From: a virus
Lineage: Duplodnaviria; Caudoviricetes
Virus record (IMG/VR): IMGVR_UViG_3300009183_000115
Location: 1-55,192 of that record
DNA length: 55,192 nt
Strand: one strand, 5' to 3'
Shown here: positions 39,280-49,397 of the stretch, piece by piece
Position numbering within the stretch: the stretch's first letter is position 1
Layout: each line of letters starts with the position of its first letter
Notes under the pieces: generated by a model
What the model was told of the DNA's origin: nothing
What the model saw: only the letters and a program-made list of their open reading frames with translations
Database searches by the model: none
Translations under genes and position numbers: made by a program

Positions 39280-40625
39280 TATCCTACAATTTTAAAAATT
39301 AAATTCTGACCACTGTATATAACTTCTTCTGCTGGTAATAAGGCTAGATCTTCAGCTGCGTATAAGGATAGTGCGTTATAGATGGATTGTTCGTTATCAT
39401 ATAGTGAAAGAGGTCCAAACGTTGTAGAAAAGATACTCGTCTTAACTAGGAGACGGTAAAATCTATTAATCTCTAATCCGGTAGTATATAAAGTAAAGTA
39501 GTTTCCTACACTATCGCAGCTAATTTTTGTATATTGTTCGTCAAAATCAACTACCATTTCCCCTGTTTTAACGTCTTGCAATCCCCAATAAGTCTTTTCA
39601 GATAAAATTAAATTAGTTAAGTACACTGAAGATGTAGTAAATTGTCTTGGAGGGTAAGTATATCTAGTAGCTAATCTAAACTTGTAAATTTCGTCTTGTG
39701 TAAATTGACCTGGGTTGTTAGCCGCTACTACAGTAACTTGATTTGTTAAAACATAATTAGTAGTTTGTGGATAATAGTAAGAATCGTCCCATTTAAAGCT
39801 AATAGCGGGAGGGTATATTGTATGGGTATCTACAGAAAAGAACTTTAGGTCTATAAATGCATTAGGATCTTCTTCAATTACTTGAGGATGTTTTACAATT
39901 ACACCGTAGTTAGGAATTGAACTTGAGAACCAATTAGACATAATGTCAGTTATGTCTGCATTCATATCTTTGTTTGACATATAGTCAAAGCTCTGTGTTG
40001 CTTCGATATAGTCGTACCAGGAACCGCCTCCTGTTACATAATAGGAAGATGTAGAAGTAGTATTGTAGTTCCAAATTAAGCTCGCACTCTCCCATTTAGG
40101 TAAATCTATATTGCCCCAAAAGAAAGAATCTTCTATCCATGGCGCGGAACTTCCAGAAGGGCCTGTATACAGCCAAGAAACTCCATTTACAGATTGAGGT
40201 ACTTGTGCAAATCTACCGGTACCCATTGACCATGATTGAGAGATAGGAAATACGTCAAGCGAATATGTTGTACTTAAGTTTTGCGCTGTAGCTAAGCTTA
40301 ACTGTAAGCTTGCTTCGTAGGAACCGCTAATTGATTGCGAAGCGAAAGACTTTAATCTATTAATATCTTGATCTGAAAACTGCAATACAGCTCTTCTAAT
40401 ATCACTTGAAGGAAAAAAAGCATCTGAAATATCGGAATTGCCGTTAGCAGCTAAATCATAAGTGTAGTAGGGATTTTCTGTTATAGAATTTCTATACAAG
40501 AATCTCGTACCGTCTTGAGAATTTTTAACAGATACTTCTAATATAGGATCTATCCCGGTATTTTTTACCGGGTATCTAGAGTAAATTGTTGCATCTGCTG
40601 ATGCGAATATTTTATATACTGCCAT
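39279..40625 (-). CDS. Putative structural protein (beta-sandwich, DNRLRE-like)
   Basis: DATIYSRYP.KNTG, AVLQF, NYGVIVK, FFS pattern; follows gp6-like gene. Confidence 0.6.
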   Translation of the reverse strand: MAVYKIFASADATIYSRYPVKNTGIDPILEVSVKNSQDGTRFLYRNSITENPYYTYDLAANGNSDISDAFFPSSDIRRAVLQFSDQDINRLKSFASQSISGSYEASLQLSLATAQNLSTTYSLDVFPISQSWSMGTGRFAQVPQSVNGVSWLYTGPSGSSAPWIEDSFFWGNIDLPKWESASLIWNYNTTSTSSYYVTGGGSWYDYIEATQSFDYMSNKDMNADITDIMSNWFSSSIPNYGVIVKHPQVIEEDPNAFIDLKFFSVDTHTIYPPAISFKWDDSYYYPQTTNYVLTNQVTVVAANNPGQFTQDEIYKFRLATRYTYPPRQFTTSSVYLTNLILSEKTYWGLQDVKTGEMVVDFDEQYTKISCDSVGNYFTLYTTGLEINRFYRLLVKTSIFSTTFGPLSLYDNEQSIYNALSLYAAEDLALLPAEEVIYSGQNLIFKIVG

Positions 40626-40629
40626 TTTA

Positions 40630-42489
40630 TTACATTGTTACTACGCGTCCTTGAATATCTGTATCTGGGTATTTAACTTCAAAGATACTTGGATCTAGTG
40701 AAGGATAAATTGTACCATTCAGAGTTGCTGCCGATATGTCGTAACTATATTGAGAATAACCTGATGATGTGCCTGCTATATTATTTAATGTTATCTTCTG
40801 TACCGTCTGTACACCTGCTACTTGATCAAGAAGAGTATATACTTCAGAAAGGATAATTGGTTGGTTTACCTGCCAATTTTCTCTACTAAAGAATACTTTT
40901 AAGAGAGTTATACATGAATTTAATACTTCTCTAGATGTGTAATTGGGTCTTAATACGACATCGAAATTTACTTGAATATTAATTATATAAGCCGGCTTTA
41001 AGAGGATAGTATCTGTCATCATTCTATAATCCTCTAAGTAGGTTTGTATGTTCTTTAGTAAGGCAGTTTTAGGGACGGTAAAAGTACCATCTGTATTATA
41101 GCTTAATAAGTAAATGGAAGTAGCAAGAGGATCTCTCTCTCCAGGTTCTCCCCTTAAGTATTCTGCAAATATAGCGCTATCTTTAGTTACATAAGCTTTT
41201 GCTACTTGACCGAATTTAGGTGGCATACCTAATACTGTTCCTAAATAATCTTGTTGTGTAACTGCTCTCATTTGAGAAGGAAACTTAGCGAGGGTATTTA
41301 ATCTAATAGCATCAGGACTATCTCCATCTCCGCCTCCCACAGCTTGTACTGCATTATTAGTTGCTAGAGTGCTTTGTATTTGAGCTGCTGTAACTGGATT
41401 TGTTGGGTTACTGAAAGAGGGAGTTACTTGAGTAATTTGAGTTAGTTCGTTTGTATTTACATTTGCGCTAGCTCCACCACCTGTAAGATAGGTAATTGTT
41501 AGGGTTGTATTAGAAGGAGCAACGCCGTATGAACTATTAGCTACAAAGTTTGTAGGATCGTAGGCGGTGTTTAATAGGTTGATACCGTTAACTGTTCCAA
41601 TACCTACGTTAAATGGATTTGGAATAGATCCGGAAGCGGATTGTATACCTGCACCAAACTCTAATTCTAAAGTTGAATTTGTTGTAAATCTAGAAACAAA
41701 CCTATAAGGTACCGGGATTCTTTCTAAAACGTAAGGAACTTCGTTAGCTTCTTGATATAGTTGAGGGTAATTTAAGGCTGTATTTGTAACAGGGCTTAGG
41801 ATGAAATCTTGAGCTAGATAGGGTACTTCGTACCATCTATTACCGTTACTATCATAAGCGCTTAAAATTTCTATTATATTACTATCTTGAATAGTCCTTA
41901 TTGGAAACCTTTCAGCAGCACCAAAGTTTAGTGTCGTTGTTACTACTTGGCCTGATAAGGCTTGAGTTGATTTCTTTAATAAATACGTATTTGGATTACC
42001 CCCTAATGTAGTATATACAGATGTCTCTGTTGGATCTATAGAAGAAGATAAATTAAAGTTTATAGTATTAGGGCAGTAGAAGAAATTAGAATTGTTTATA
42101 TTTGACTTAACTTGCATACCTTCAGCTATAGTCATAGCATAATTAAAATCAGGAGCGTAGCTAGAGCCTGAAGCAGGCACTTGTTGATAAACATCTAAAG
42201 TTGTAATTGCTGCAGAGGTTACTTTAGGTCTATACCCGAGCATATAAGCTAATGCAAAAAGATTATTGGTTTGTTTTGCATACTCTAAAAAGTTTTCTTG
42301 TACTTGATTGTCAAGATAGAAAGATAATACGTCCCCTACATAGGCTGCCATCTCAATGAACATAGTTCCAGGAGAGGAAGTAGAAAAGTCATTATACGAA
42401 CTAGGGTAGTATGTTTTAGCATACTCGATTAACGCTTCTCTAAAGGTATTAAAGTCTTTATTTAAATATTTTATGTCTTTATTAGCCAT
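40630..42489 (-). CDS. Baseplate wedge subunit, T4 gp6 / P2 gpJ-like
   Basis: DFNTFREALIEY, LAYMLGYRPK, GGGDGDS, RAVTQQDY. Confidence 0.9.
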   Translation of the reverse strand: MANKDIKYLNKDFNTFREALIEYAKTYYPSSYNDFSTSSPGTMFIEMAAYVGDVLSFYLDNQVQENFLEYAKQTNNLFALAYMLGYRPKVTSAAITTLDVYQQVPASGSSYAPDFNYAMTIAEGMQVKSNINNSNFFYCPNTINFNLSSSIDPTETSVYTTLGGNPNTYLLKKSTQALSGQVVTTTLNFGAAERFPIRTIQDSNIIEILSAYDSNGNRWYEVPYLAQDFILSPVTNTALNYPQLYQEANEVPYVLERIPVPYRFVSRFTTNSTLELEFGAGIQSASGSIPNPFNVGIGTVNGINLLNTAYDPTNFVANSSYGVAPSNTTLTITYLTGGGASANVNTNELTQITQVTPSFSNPTNPVTAAQIQSTLATNNAVQAVGGGDGDSPDAIRLNTLAKFPSQMRAVTQQDYLGTVLGMPPKFGQVAKAYVTKDSAIFAEYLRGEPGERDPLATSIYLLSYNTDGTFTVPKTALLKNIQTYLEDYRMMTDTILLKPAYIINIQVNFDVVLRPNYTSREVLNSCITLLKVFFSRENWQVNQPIILSEVYTLLDQVAGVQTVQKITLNNIAGTSSGYSQYSYDISAATLNGTIYPSLDPSIFEVKYPDTDIQGRVVTM

Positions 42490-42892
42490 TTAGATTGATT
42501 ATTACATTATCAGATTCACTACTGTTATTTATTTTATACGAAAACTCAATTGTCATTAAATTCTCATCAGGGTTTCCGGATACAGATAGAGTTACTATCG
42601 TAATATTTGGAAAGTAACGCTCTAGTCCTGCTCTTATCTGAACCTCTAAAGTATCGAAAGTGTCTACACTTATTTGTTCGAATAATAAAGATCTTATATT
42701 TGCACCAAAATTTGGATTATATAATCTCTCACGGTTATTTGTTAGGAGGTAATTAATTATATTATACTTTAATTGCTCCCTTGTTGTATATACTGTCTGG
42801 AAAACAGCAGGCGTATTAAACGGCAAAGCGACTCCAATACCTGTAGAAGGTCTTAAATCGAGTACGTTTATTTGTTTTAAATTATACGCCAT
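42482..42892 (-). CDS. Baseplate wedge subunit, T4 gp25-like
   Basis: NYLLTNNRERLYNPNFGANIRSLLFE. Confidence 0.9.
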   Translation of the reverse strand: MAYNLKQINVLDLRPSTGIGVALPFNTPAVFQTVYTTREQLKYNIINYLLTNNRERLYNPNFGANIRSLLFEQISVDTFDTLEVQIRAGLERYFPNITIVTLSVSGNPDENLMTIEFSYKINNSSESDNVIINLNG

Positions 42893-42897
42893 TTATA

Positions 42898-43329
42898 CTA
42901 TTCGTTTATGCCCATTTTTTCCATCATATGAGAAAAGTTAGGAACTGCATTAATTTGAATTGCTTCTAAATTTGAACTTCCTCTTGAATTTGCAAACATA
43001 TCACCTACTGACTCTACAATAGGAACATCTCTCTCTACTCCCTCTCCGTTTAAATCTCCAAATTCATCCATAGTCATAGATCGAGCAGTCTCTGCAAGAA
43101 GGCTATTTAATGGATTCCCTGGGGATAATATAGGGGCGATAGGCTTGGGTACAGATCTGTTCATAGTAGCAGGAACAGTTGATTTTGATATAGGTCTTGT
43201 AGATTCTGTAATAGTTTGGTGGCCTTTGTTAGCCATAATTGCTTCTTTCAGAATACCGGCAAGTTCCTCTTGGAACACAGCCTTTACTTCTTCGCGAATT
43301 AATTTTCTAAGTGCATCTAAATTTGCCAT
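42898..43329 (-). CDS. Hypothetical protein (LRKLIREEV N-terminus)
   Basis: 143 aa with own TATTTAT motif. Confidence 0.6.
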   Translation of the reverse strand: MANLDALRKLIREEVKAVFQEELAGILKEAIMANKGHQTITESTRPISKSTVPATMNRSVPKPIAPILSPGNPLNSLLAETARSMTMDEFGDLNGEGVERDVPIVESVGDMFANSRGSSNLEAIQINAVPNFSHMMEKMGINE

Positions 43330-43360
43330 ATGTTATAAATATTTTGTTTACTTGTTTTTA

Positions 43361-45238
43361 TTAGGATTTAGGATTTAAGGTTTGTGTAGAAGTTGTCACT
43401 TCGTTAGATATTTGAGTTTTTACTTGCTTGGTAGAATCTTCAACAGCTGCTTTAGTTCTCTGTCTTAGAGCTTTTCCACCTTTTAAGTTATTAATAAATG
43501 CGTTTAAGCCTAACCCTTGAGTTTCATCTAGATTATCAGCCGAGTCTAATTGAGTAGGTGTAATATTTAAATCATTACTTAATACGTCATTGCTATCCAA
43601 GTAGTTAAGGGAATCACTAATAATAGATAAATTTATACTATCTGCACTACCTAGATTAGGTTGAACTAATTTAAGTGCTAATAATTGCTGCTGTACTTCT
43701 GCTATGATTACGGCGGTATTTGTTGCAAAGGTAAGGTCGGATTGAGCTACAATAAACCCGCTTTGATCTAAAGCAACGCCTCTTCTACGTTTGTTTTGAA
43801 TTGATTTATCAGTAACTTCTTCATCTACTACTCTAATATCGTACTTACCGAACATTGCAGTATTTGGATTTGTTTTTGAATCGTACTGAATTACATAAGT
43901 GGCAAGTTGATCTCTTAGATTTACTAAATCAGATCTTGTTTGATTGAGTTGGTAGATTACATCAGAATCTTTAACTGCTTCACATCCCTCTAAGGTTCTA
44001 AGTAAAGTATCTAATCTAAATAGTAACTCATTTGCATTTACTAAAACGTACCTTATGAAAGATAATAGTACGGATAGTAGTGCATTTATAGATTTTAATA
44101 ATTTAGAAACGCCATCTGTCTCGTCTTTAGCAGCATCTTTTTTATCTTGTATTTTAGATTGCTGGCCGGAAGTACTGTATATTAAAGGTATAGGTAATAT
44201 ATCAAAGAAGTATATTATAAACTTAAATACTTTATAAAATAATAAAGCTAGTTTAATTAAAAACTGACCTGTAGCTAGCATACCTTGAATTTGTCTTCCT
44301 ATCTTAATAAAGGATTGGAGAGAGGAGTTAATATCTTTTAGGGTAGGTATGATTCTGGTAGGATCAACAAACTTATTTAATTGCTGTATTTGAGCTCTTA
44401 TATCGGTATTTAGGAAATTACCAGTTAAAGCTAAGGCGCTTTTAAAATCAAGATTTTGAATAGTAACACATACCGTACGTATAATTGTTATTTTTCTTAT
44501 AAGCTTTTGTACTTCTATATTCGGAATCTGCCTGTAATCACTATACTTATTTATTGTTCCTATAAAGTCGTCTATTATATTTAAATTACCGCCAAGTCCT
44601 GGAACTGTTGTTAGTAGTGTAGCGTCCTCAGTAGTAAATAAGGAGCTAGTGCTTTGGCTATTAAAAGTGAAGGTATCTCTAATAGATTGCATTAAGAAGT
44701 ACATATTATATTTCTGTACTTCAGAACCTCCTTCTGTTGGTGCGTTAGATTGCGATACTGCTTGCTGTACAGGAACTGCATTTGGACCAGTCCCTAAATA
44801 AGAGCCTATAAAAATATTAGGGTAGGCAGTAAACTTATCTATATAAGTCTGTACTAATTCTGCTTTATCTTGTAAGGCGTATAATGCAGATTGGGCAGCT
44901 GTAGGTTGTTGTGCTCTCTGTGATTTAGGCTTCTTTCTTACGCTAATAGTATCTGTAACGTAAGTCATTACGGTACATAAGTCTACACTATTTAAAGCAT
45001 CCATTGCATTAAATAAGCCTGAGTTTATTAAAGTAGCTTTAGGGGGTGTGGGAGGAGTGGATGTGTTAGGGGTATATTGTAAAGATCCAGATACAGTATC
45101 ATACTTAACGGTTCCGCCGGCAGGAGTATTAGCGCTACCCCATAATACTTTATTGATACCGATTTGCATCTTACCAACAAGATTTGCTGTAGTACCGACT
45201 ACTGTACCTACTGATTCTGCTATTTTACTTGTTCCCAT
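43361..45238 (-). CDS. Hypothetical helical baseplate-region protein with hydrophobic segment
   Basis: 625 aa; FLIKLALLFYKVFKFIIYFFDILPIPLIY hydrophobic stretch. Confidence 0.6.
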   Translation of the reverse strand: MGTSKIAESVGTVVGTTANLVGKMQIGINKVLWGSANTPAGGTVKYDTVSGSLQYTPNTSTPPTPPKATLINSGLFNAMDALNSVDLCTVMTYVTDTISVRKKPKSQRAQQPTAAQSALYALQDKAELVQTYIDKFTAYPNIFIGSYLGTGPNAVPVQQAVSQSNAPTEGGSEVQKYNMYFLMQSIRDTFTFNSQSTSSLFTTEDATLLTTVPGLGGNLNIIDDFIGTINKYSDYRQIPNIEVQKLIRKITIIRTVCVTIQNLDFKSALALTGNFLNTDIRAQIQQLNKFVDPTRIIPTLKDINSSLQSFIKIGRQIQGMLATGQFLIKLALLFYKVFKFIIYFFDILPIPLIYSTSGQQSKIQDKKDAAKDETDGVSKLLKSINALLSVLLSFIRYVLVNANELLFRLDTLLRTLEGCEAVKDSDVIYQLNQTRSDLVNLRDQLATYVIQYDSKTNPNTAMFGKYDIRVVDEEVTDKSIQNKRRRGVALDQSGFIVAQSDLTFATNTAVIIAEVQQQLLALKLVQPNLGSADSINLSIISDSLNYLDSNDVLSNDLNITPTQLDSADNLDETQGLGLNAFINNLKGGKALRQRTKAAVEDSTKQVKTQISNEVTTSTQTLNPKS

Positions 45239-45666
45239 TACTTAGTGTATGTATTTTTAGATAAGCATATACTATTTAAATTTCTGTTTACTGTCTTTGC
45301 TGTATCACTTAAAACGCCTGAGGTTGTTTTTATAGCAACAATAGCAGGATCTGTAGATCCTACTGCTAGTTTGTTTATTGCATCACTCATACTTTGAAGA
45401 GCTATTAATAAATCACCTAACTGCTTTACAGTTGTACTACCTAATAAAACCGGCTCTCCCTTTGATTGTGCTTGGTATCCTAATTCAATTTTAGGTGAAG
45501 CTATAATAGTCCTTTCATTAGCATCTACAGTAAATGTAGCTGGAGATGAAATGGATACGCCTTTTTTACCAAATAGGAATATAAAATCATCGTAAGAGTG
45601 ATGTGTAACTCTTCCTGAAGTTATAATTACTTGATTACCTAAATATGGAAATTGAGGAGTATACAT
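45238..45666 (-). CDS. Baseplate spike (gp5-like) C-terminal part
   Basis: QVIITSGRV, short beta-strand repeats, IELG...EPVLLG. Confidence 0.55.
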   Translation of the reverse strand: MYTPQFPYLGNQVIITSGRVTHHSYDDFIFLFGKKGVSISSPATFTVDANERTIIASPKIELGYQAQSKGEPVLLGSTTVKQLGDLLIALQSMSDAINKLAVGSTDPAIVAIKTTSGVLSDTAKTVNRNLNSICLSKNTYTK

Positions 45667-45668
45667 TT

Positions 45669-46622
45669 TTACTTATTACTATTACTTATTTTTTGATCTT
45701 GTTCAGCTGGTGATATAGTATCTATACTTGTTAATTGCTGTTGAATTGGTATAGAAACTGTATTAGTTCTTTCTAAGGTAATTCCTAAACTAGCTAAACT
45801 AAAGTTATTACTAATGTCATCAATTATAATTTTCTGACCGTTAGTTAAATAGATAGAAGAAGGATCTCTATTTATATTCTCTATAATAGGAAACCATGCT
45901 ATGTCATTATCTTGTCTACCTTGTCCATTTCTTAAAATAGTAATTGGATTACCGGGATTTTGATTATCAGTAGACCAGTAGTTAGCTGTCTTTTTAACAC
46001 TTGTAGATCCAAATCTAATTGAATTACCCCATCTACCCTCTACTGTTACATCCCCTACAAACTGCTCTAAAGTTTTTATATTACCTTTCTCTACAAAATC
46101 AGGACCTAAGGGATACTCTGATGAACCTGTTGCTGATAAATTATTAGGTTGACCAGCAATAACGCTCTGTTGATACGATCTTACAGCTGCATTAACATAA
46201 TTACTATAATCTCCTAAATCAGGTAAGGCGTTTTGTTGACTCGAATTCCATAAATTAAAAGGAGGTAGGTAGAAATAATCTGCACTATCTCTACTTTCAT
46301 TCATCGCTATACTCGGTCCTTGTAATATTAAAACAAATTCACCTTCTAAAGGATATTGCTTTAAAGAAGAATATACAGGCTTGGCGGGAGGATTACCAGC
46401 GCTCTGTGCAGAACTATTTTGTGCTGTGTTTATTAATTCATACGTAATAGTACCTAAATCTGTTGGATTACGGTAGTACGCGTCTTTTATATCTGTATTT
46501 TGTAAGTAAGGGCCTCTAACAATATGAGTTACTCTAGCTAAGAGGTAGATAGAAATACCTGGGTCTGTAGCATGGGTGGCTGCATCAGCCATCTGATTAA
46601 CAAAGGATGGATTTAATCCCAT
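45669..46622 (-). CDS. Baseplate hub/spike (gp5-like) N-terminal OB-fold part
   Basis: YPLEGEFVLI, GDVTVEGRWGNSIRFG. Confidence 0.6.
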   Translation of the reverse strand: MGLNPSFVNQMADAATHATDPGISIYLLARVTHIVRGPYLQNTDIKDAYYRNPTDLGTITYELINTAQNSSAQSAGNPPAKPVYSSLKQYPLEGEFVLILQGPSIAMNESRDSADYFYLPPFNLWNSSQQNALPDLGDYSNYVNAAVRSYQQSVIAGQPNNLSATGSSEYPLGPDFVEKGNIKTLEQFVGDVTVEGRWGNSIRFGSTSVKKTANYWSTDNQNPGNPITILRNGQGRQDNDIAWFPIIENINRDPSSIYLTNGQKIIIDDISNNFSLASLGITLERTNTVSIPIQQQLTSIDTISPAEQDQKISNSNK

Positions 46623-46624
46623 GA

Positions 46625-46996
46625 TTACTTAATGTTTGGTAATTGCTTTATTTCTACTTCTGGGAGAGGTTCTACGGTAGATTTCTGAATATCACTAAAC
46701 AATAATTCAAGATCTTTATCACTAAAAGCACTATCGGCGCCATCAGATGCTTGCCCGCCCTTCTGTAATATAGAGGCTAGCTTTACGAGAGCATCGTCAT
46801 TTTTAACTTCTATCTCTAGATACTCCTTAATTAAGGGAACTACTATAACAGCATTTCCAACCTCTTCACCAACCATCTCAATTAATTGACCGGTTAGGGC
46901 TTTAAGTTGAGTTTGCTTGGTTTTATGGTTCTTTATAATATCCTGTACTAGGTCAGAGTACTTTTTTCCGTCGTATAATTCAAAATCAAGATTCAT
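46625..46996 (-). CDS. Hypothetical protein
   Basis: 123 aa helical, first gene after TATTTAT motif at 47010. Confidence 0.6.
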   Translation of the reverse strand: MNLDFELYDGKKYSDLVQDIIKNHKTKQTQLKALTGQLIEMVGEEVGNAVIVVPLIKEYLEIEVKNDDALVKLASILQKGGQASDGADSAFSDKDLELLFSDIQKSTVEPLPEVEIKQLPNIK

Positions 46997-47017
46997 GGTA
47001 CTATTTTAAATAAATAG

Positions 47018-47791
47018 CTAATGAGAGAAAATGTCGACTTCCGTTCCCTCTTCTAGATATTCGTTGAGCATATCTTTATAAATCTCCTTTAATACCTTTA
47101 TTACCTTGGTAATGATAGGGGTAGGTGCATCTGTAATTTCTTTTATGTATATAAAGAGCGCTTTCTTATTAAAAATATCTATACTCTCTCTACGTTTAAA
47201 AAGCTCTAATATAGCGTCTCCTACTCTAGCTTCTTGCGGTTTTGGAAAAAGCTCTAAAAGGTCGTCATCTACTTTCTTAATGAAAATATCAATAAAATTA
47301 GCTTCTTGAAAATAATCGGGCTGAGTTAGTAAGAGTTCGTTTGTAATAGTTTTGTCTGTATCAACTTCATTTACTGGTGCTTTTCCTTTTAATCTCTTAT
47401 AGTTATTATTGTTATAAACAATTAGGTATCTCTTTGCAATAGTGCCGAAATATGAATAGGCTTTACCTTTATCTTGATTATATAGGTGTAACTTTTCTAA
47501 CAAGAAAGCAATTACTTCGTGCTTCAACTCATTAATATTATCTACTTCTGTATAGTAAAATTTAAAAGTATGAATAATATTCTCTGCTAATTTGTAAAAA
47601 GCATAATAGATCCTTTCATTAAAGATCTTATTTCTTTTAGCTATACTAGTTTCTAATCTATATTCTAGGATAGCTGCTTGAGTATCTAGAGTAAAGTAGT
47701 CTATCGACTTCTTAGGTCTTCTTTTTCTAACCTTGCCATCCTTTGTAAGTGTAACTTCCGCTTCTTCAACTTTGAAAATATCTTCAACCAT
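47018..47791 (-). CDS. Phage sigma factor, T4 gp55-like (late transcription)
   Basis: YFT...AILEY, KLAENII, KAYSYFGTIAKRYLI resemble gp55/sigma region 2. Confidence 0.65.
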   Translation of the reverse strand: MVEDIFKVEEAEVTLTKDGKVRKRRPKKSIDYFTLDTQAAILEYRLETSIAKRNKIFNERIYYAFYKLAENIIHTFKFYYTEVDNINELKHEVIAFLLEKLHLYNQDKGKAYSYFGTIAKRYLIVYNNNNYKRLKGKAPVNEVDTDKTITNELLLTQPDYFQEANFIDIFIKKVDDDLLELFPKPQEARVGDAILELFKRRESIDIFNKKALFIYIKEITDAPTPIITKVIKVLKEIYKDMLNEYLEEGTEVDIFSH

Positions 47792-48063
47792 TATCGCTTA
47801 TTAAATTGATTTAGCCCTTCCTGGACTGCTTTTAAATTCTGAAAGACTGTTTGTAATTCTTTATCACTCTCCATCCAGATTTTATCATCTAGATTTTTAA
47901 GTGCTTTATCTGATTCACCTATTAACTGCTGTAAGCCTCCTATAAAGTTAGCTTGTGCAAGAACGGTAGTTTCTAATTTTTTATTCTTAGTAAATAAGTT
48001 GTATATAATCCAACCTACTACAGTAGCTATCCAAATGAATAGCATGATTGATCCTAATAACAT
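47791..48063 (-). CDS. Small membrane-anchored coiled-coil protein
   Basis: N-terminal hydrophobic helix. Confidence 0.6.
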   Translation of the reverse strand: MLLGSIMLFIWIATVVGWIIYNLFTKNKKLETTVLAQANFIGGLQQLIGESDKALKNLDDKIWMESDKELQTVFQNLKAVQEGLNQFNKR

Positions 48064-48064
48064 A

Positions 48065-48835
48065 TTATAATCCTTTTAGTGCGTTTAATAATCCGGGGTT
48101 ATTTTTTCCAATGCTAGATAACTTCGCAGCATCTGCTTTTTGTTTAAATTGTCCTGGTGTAGATGCTTTTATCTCTTTTGGTTTAGTAGTTCCTACTGTA
48201 CCTAACCACTCCTTCTCCCATTCTACTCTAGCAGCTAAAATATCTGCTTGGTGTAAGATAAGAGGTAAAGAAGACCTTAATTTTGATTCATTTTGACTAG
48301 AAAGTAAATAAGCTTTATTTCCATCGTCATATAAACCGTCATGAGTCTTAACTGAAACCCATTCATTAAAGGTAAGTTCTATACCCGCTGATTGCAATAT
48401 AAATAGGGAGCTATCTTGAATAGGTATGAAAGGTAATTCAACGTTAGGCTTGTAATTAGCACCTTGATTCTTAATATGCCACTCTGAATCATTAGGTATA
48501 TAAGCAGGTTTACCATCTCGTCCTAGTTTACCTAAGTCGTGATTAATCGCTGAAAATACTAATTCTTCTTCGGTGAAATTAATAGTACCCCCCATTTCTT
48601 CCCATAAAGCAGTAACTTTTAGAGCACACTCTACTACTCTGTTAACGTGATCTACGTAACCGCCTGGAAATGAATTGTGATAAGATGCTCTTGAAGAGGC
48701 TGGAGATAATGCAAGGTTTTCTTCTTGCTCTTGATATAAAGCTAATAACTTAGTAGCCCTAGGTTCGGAAATATACTTTTCAATATTTGCGTAGAACGCC
48801 TCAAGATTACTTGCTATTTGTTCTGGAGTTAACAT
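48065..48835 (-). CDS. HD-domain phosphohydrolase (YhaM-like)
   Basis: YHNSFPGGYVDHV, HDLGK, HDG, HQAD; likely start MLTPEQ at 48835. Confidence 0.85.
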   Translation of the reverse strand: MLTPEQIASNLEAFYANIEKYISEPRATKLLALYQEQEENLALSPASSRASYHNSFPGGYVDHVNRVVECALKVTALWEEMGGTINFTEEELVFSAINHDLGKLGRDGKPAYIPNDSEWHIKNQGANYKPNVELPFIPIQDSSLFILQSAGIELTFNEWVSVKTHDGLYDDGNKAYLLSSQNESKLRSSLPLILHQADILAARVEWEKEWLGTVGTTKPKEIKASTPGQFKQKADAAKLSSIGKNNPGLLNALKGL

Positions 48836-48852
48836 ATAAAATGGTTTTAACT

Positions 48853-48884
48853 GTAATATAAGCACTTAATTCCAGTATAGCAAC
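48853..48884 (-). promoter_or_regulatory. Bacteroidota-type promoter upstream of HD/sigma operon
   Basis: GTTG-N20-TATATTAC. Confidence 0.55.
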
Positions 48885-48890
48885 TTTATT

Positions 48891-49070
48891 TTAATCTCCC
48901 TGTTCTGTATTTACTAGAGTTGTAATTTCAGCAATTCTTTCCTTAATGGCATTAAACCAATTTTCGAATTGTTCTCTAGATAGATTTGGTTGAGATAAGA
49001 GAGAGTTAATATTACCGATAGAGTTATCTAATTTCTCTAACTTAGTTAAAACCAATGATTTGTAACGCAT
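48891..49070 (-). CDS. Small helical hypothetical protein (59 aa)
   Basis: Manual translation MRYKSLVLTKLEKLDNSIGNINSLLSQPNLSREQFENWFNAIKERIAEITTLVNTEQGD. Confidence 0.65.
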   Translation of the reverse strand: MRYKSLVLTKLEKLDNSIGNINSLLSQPNLSREQFENWFNAIKERIAEITTLVNTEQGD

Positions 49071-49076
49071 ATTTAT

Positions 49077-49397
49077 TTATTTAATATATTTCTTAGTAAG
49101 TGCTACCATAGAAGCTATAGTAGGGCATCCTACCTTAGTAGCATAAGCAATAGGAGATTCTTTAACTTCAGCAATAGTCTCTACTCTATAGAGGTAAGCA
49201 GAGCCTCCTAATCTTTCGATTATAATTATCGGGTAATTTTCTGTCTTTAAAAGAGCTTCCATCCTATCTGCTAAATCGCTATTCTCTTTAAGATCAACGT
49301 CTAATAACTTAAAAGGAATTTTTTCCTCTTTTAGACCCTCTTGGAGCGCTTCACAATGACTACACCCACCTAGTCCCAAAACAATTACTTTTTCCAT
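49077..49397 (-). CDS. Glutaredoxin/thioredoxin-like protein
   Basis: CSHC motif and YPII cis-Pro motif. Confidence 0.8.
   Translation of the reverse strand: MEKVIVLGLGGCSHCEALQEGLKEEKIPFKLLDVDLKENSDLADRMEALLKTENYPIIIIERLGGSAYLYRVETIAEVKESPIAYATKVGCPTIASMVALTKKYIK

Noticed and set aside
33476-46996. Bacterial contractile injection system (eCIS/T6SS)
   Set aside because: Capsid, portal and terminase genes are present, so the baseplate belongs to a phage
3039-47309. Numerous short + strand and alternate-frame ORFs in the track (e.g. 3039..3326, 14881..15324, 29324..29698, 30473..30700, 30963..31190)
   Set aside because: They overlap longer, motif-bearing minus-strand genes and are shadows of codon bias or the PT repeats
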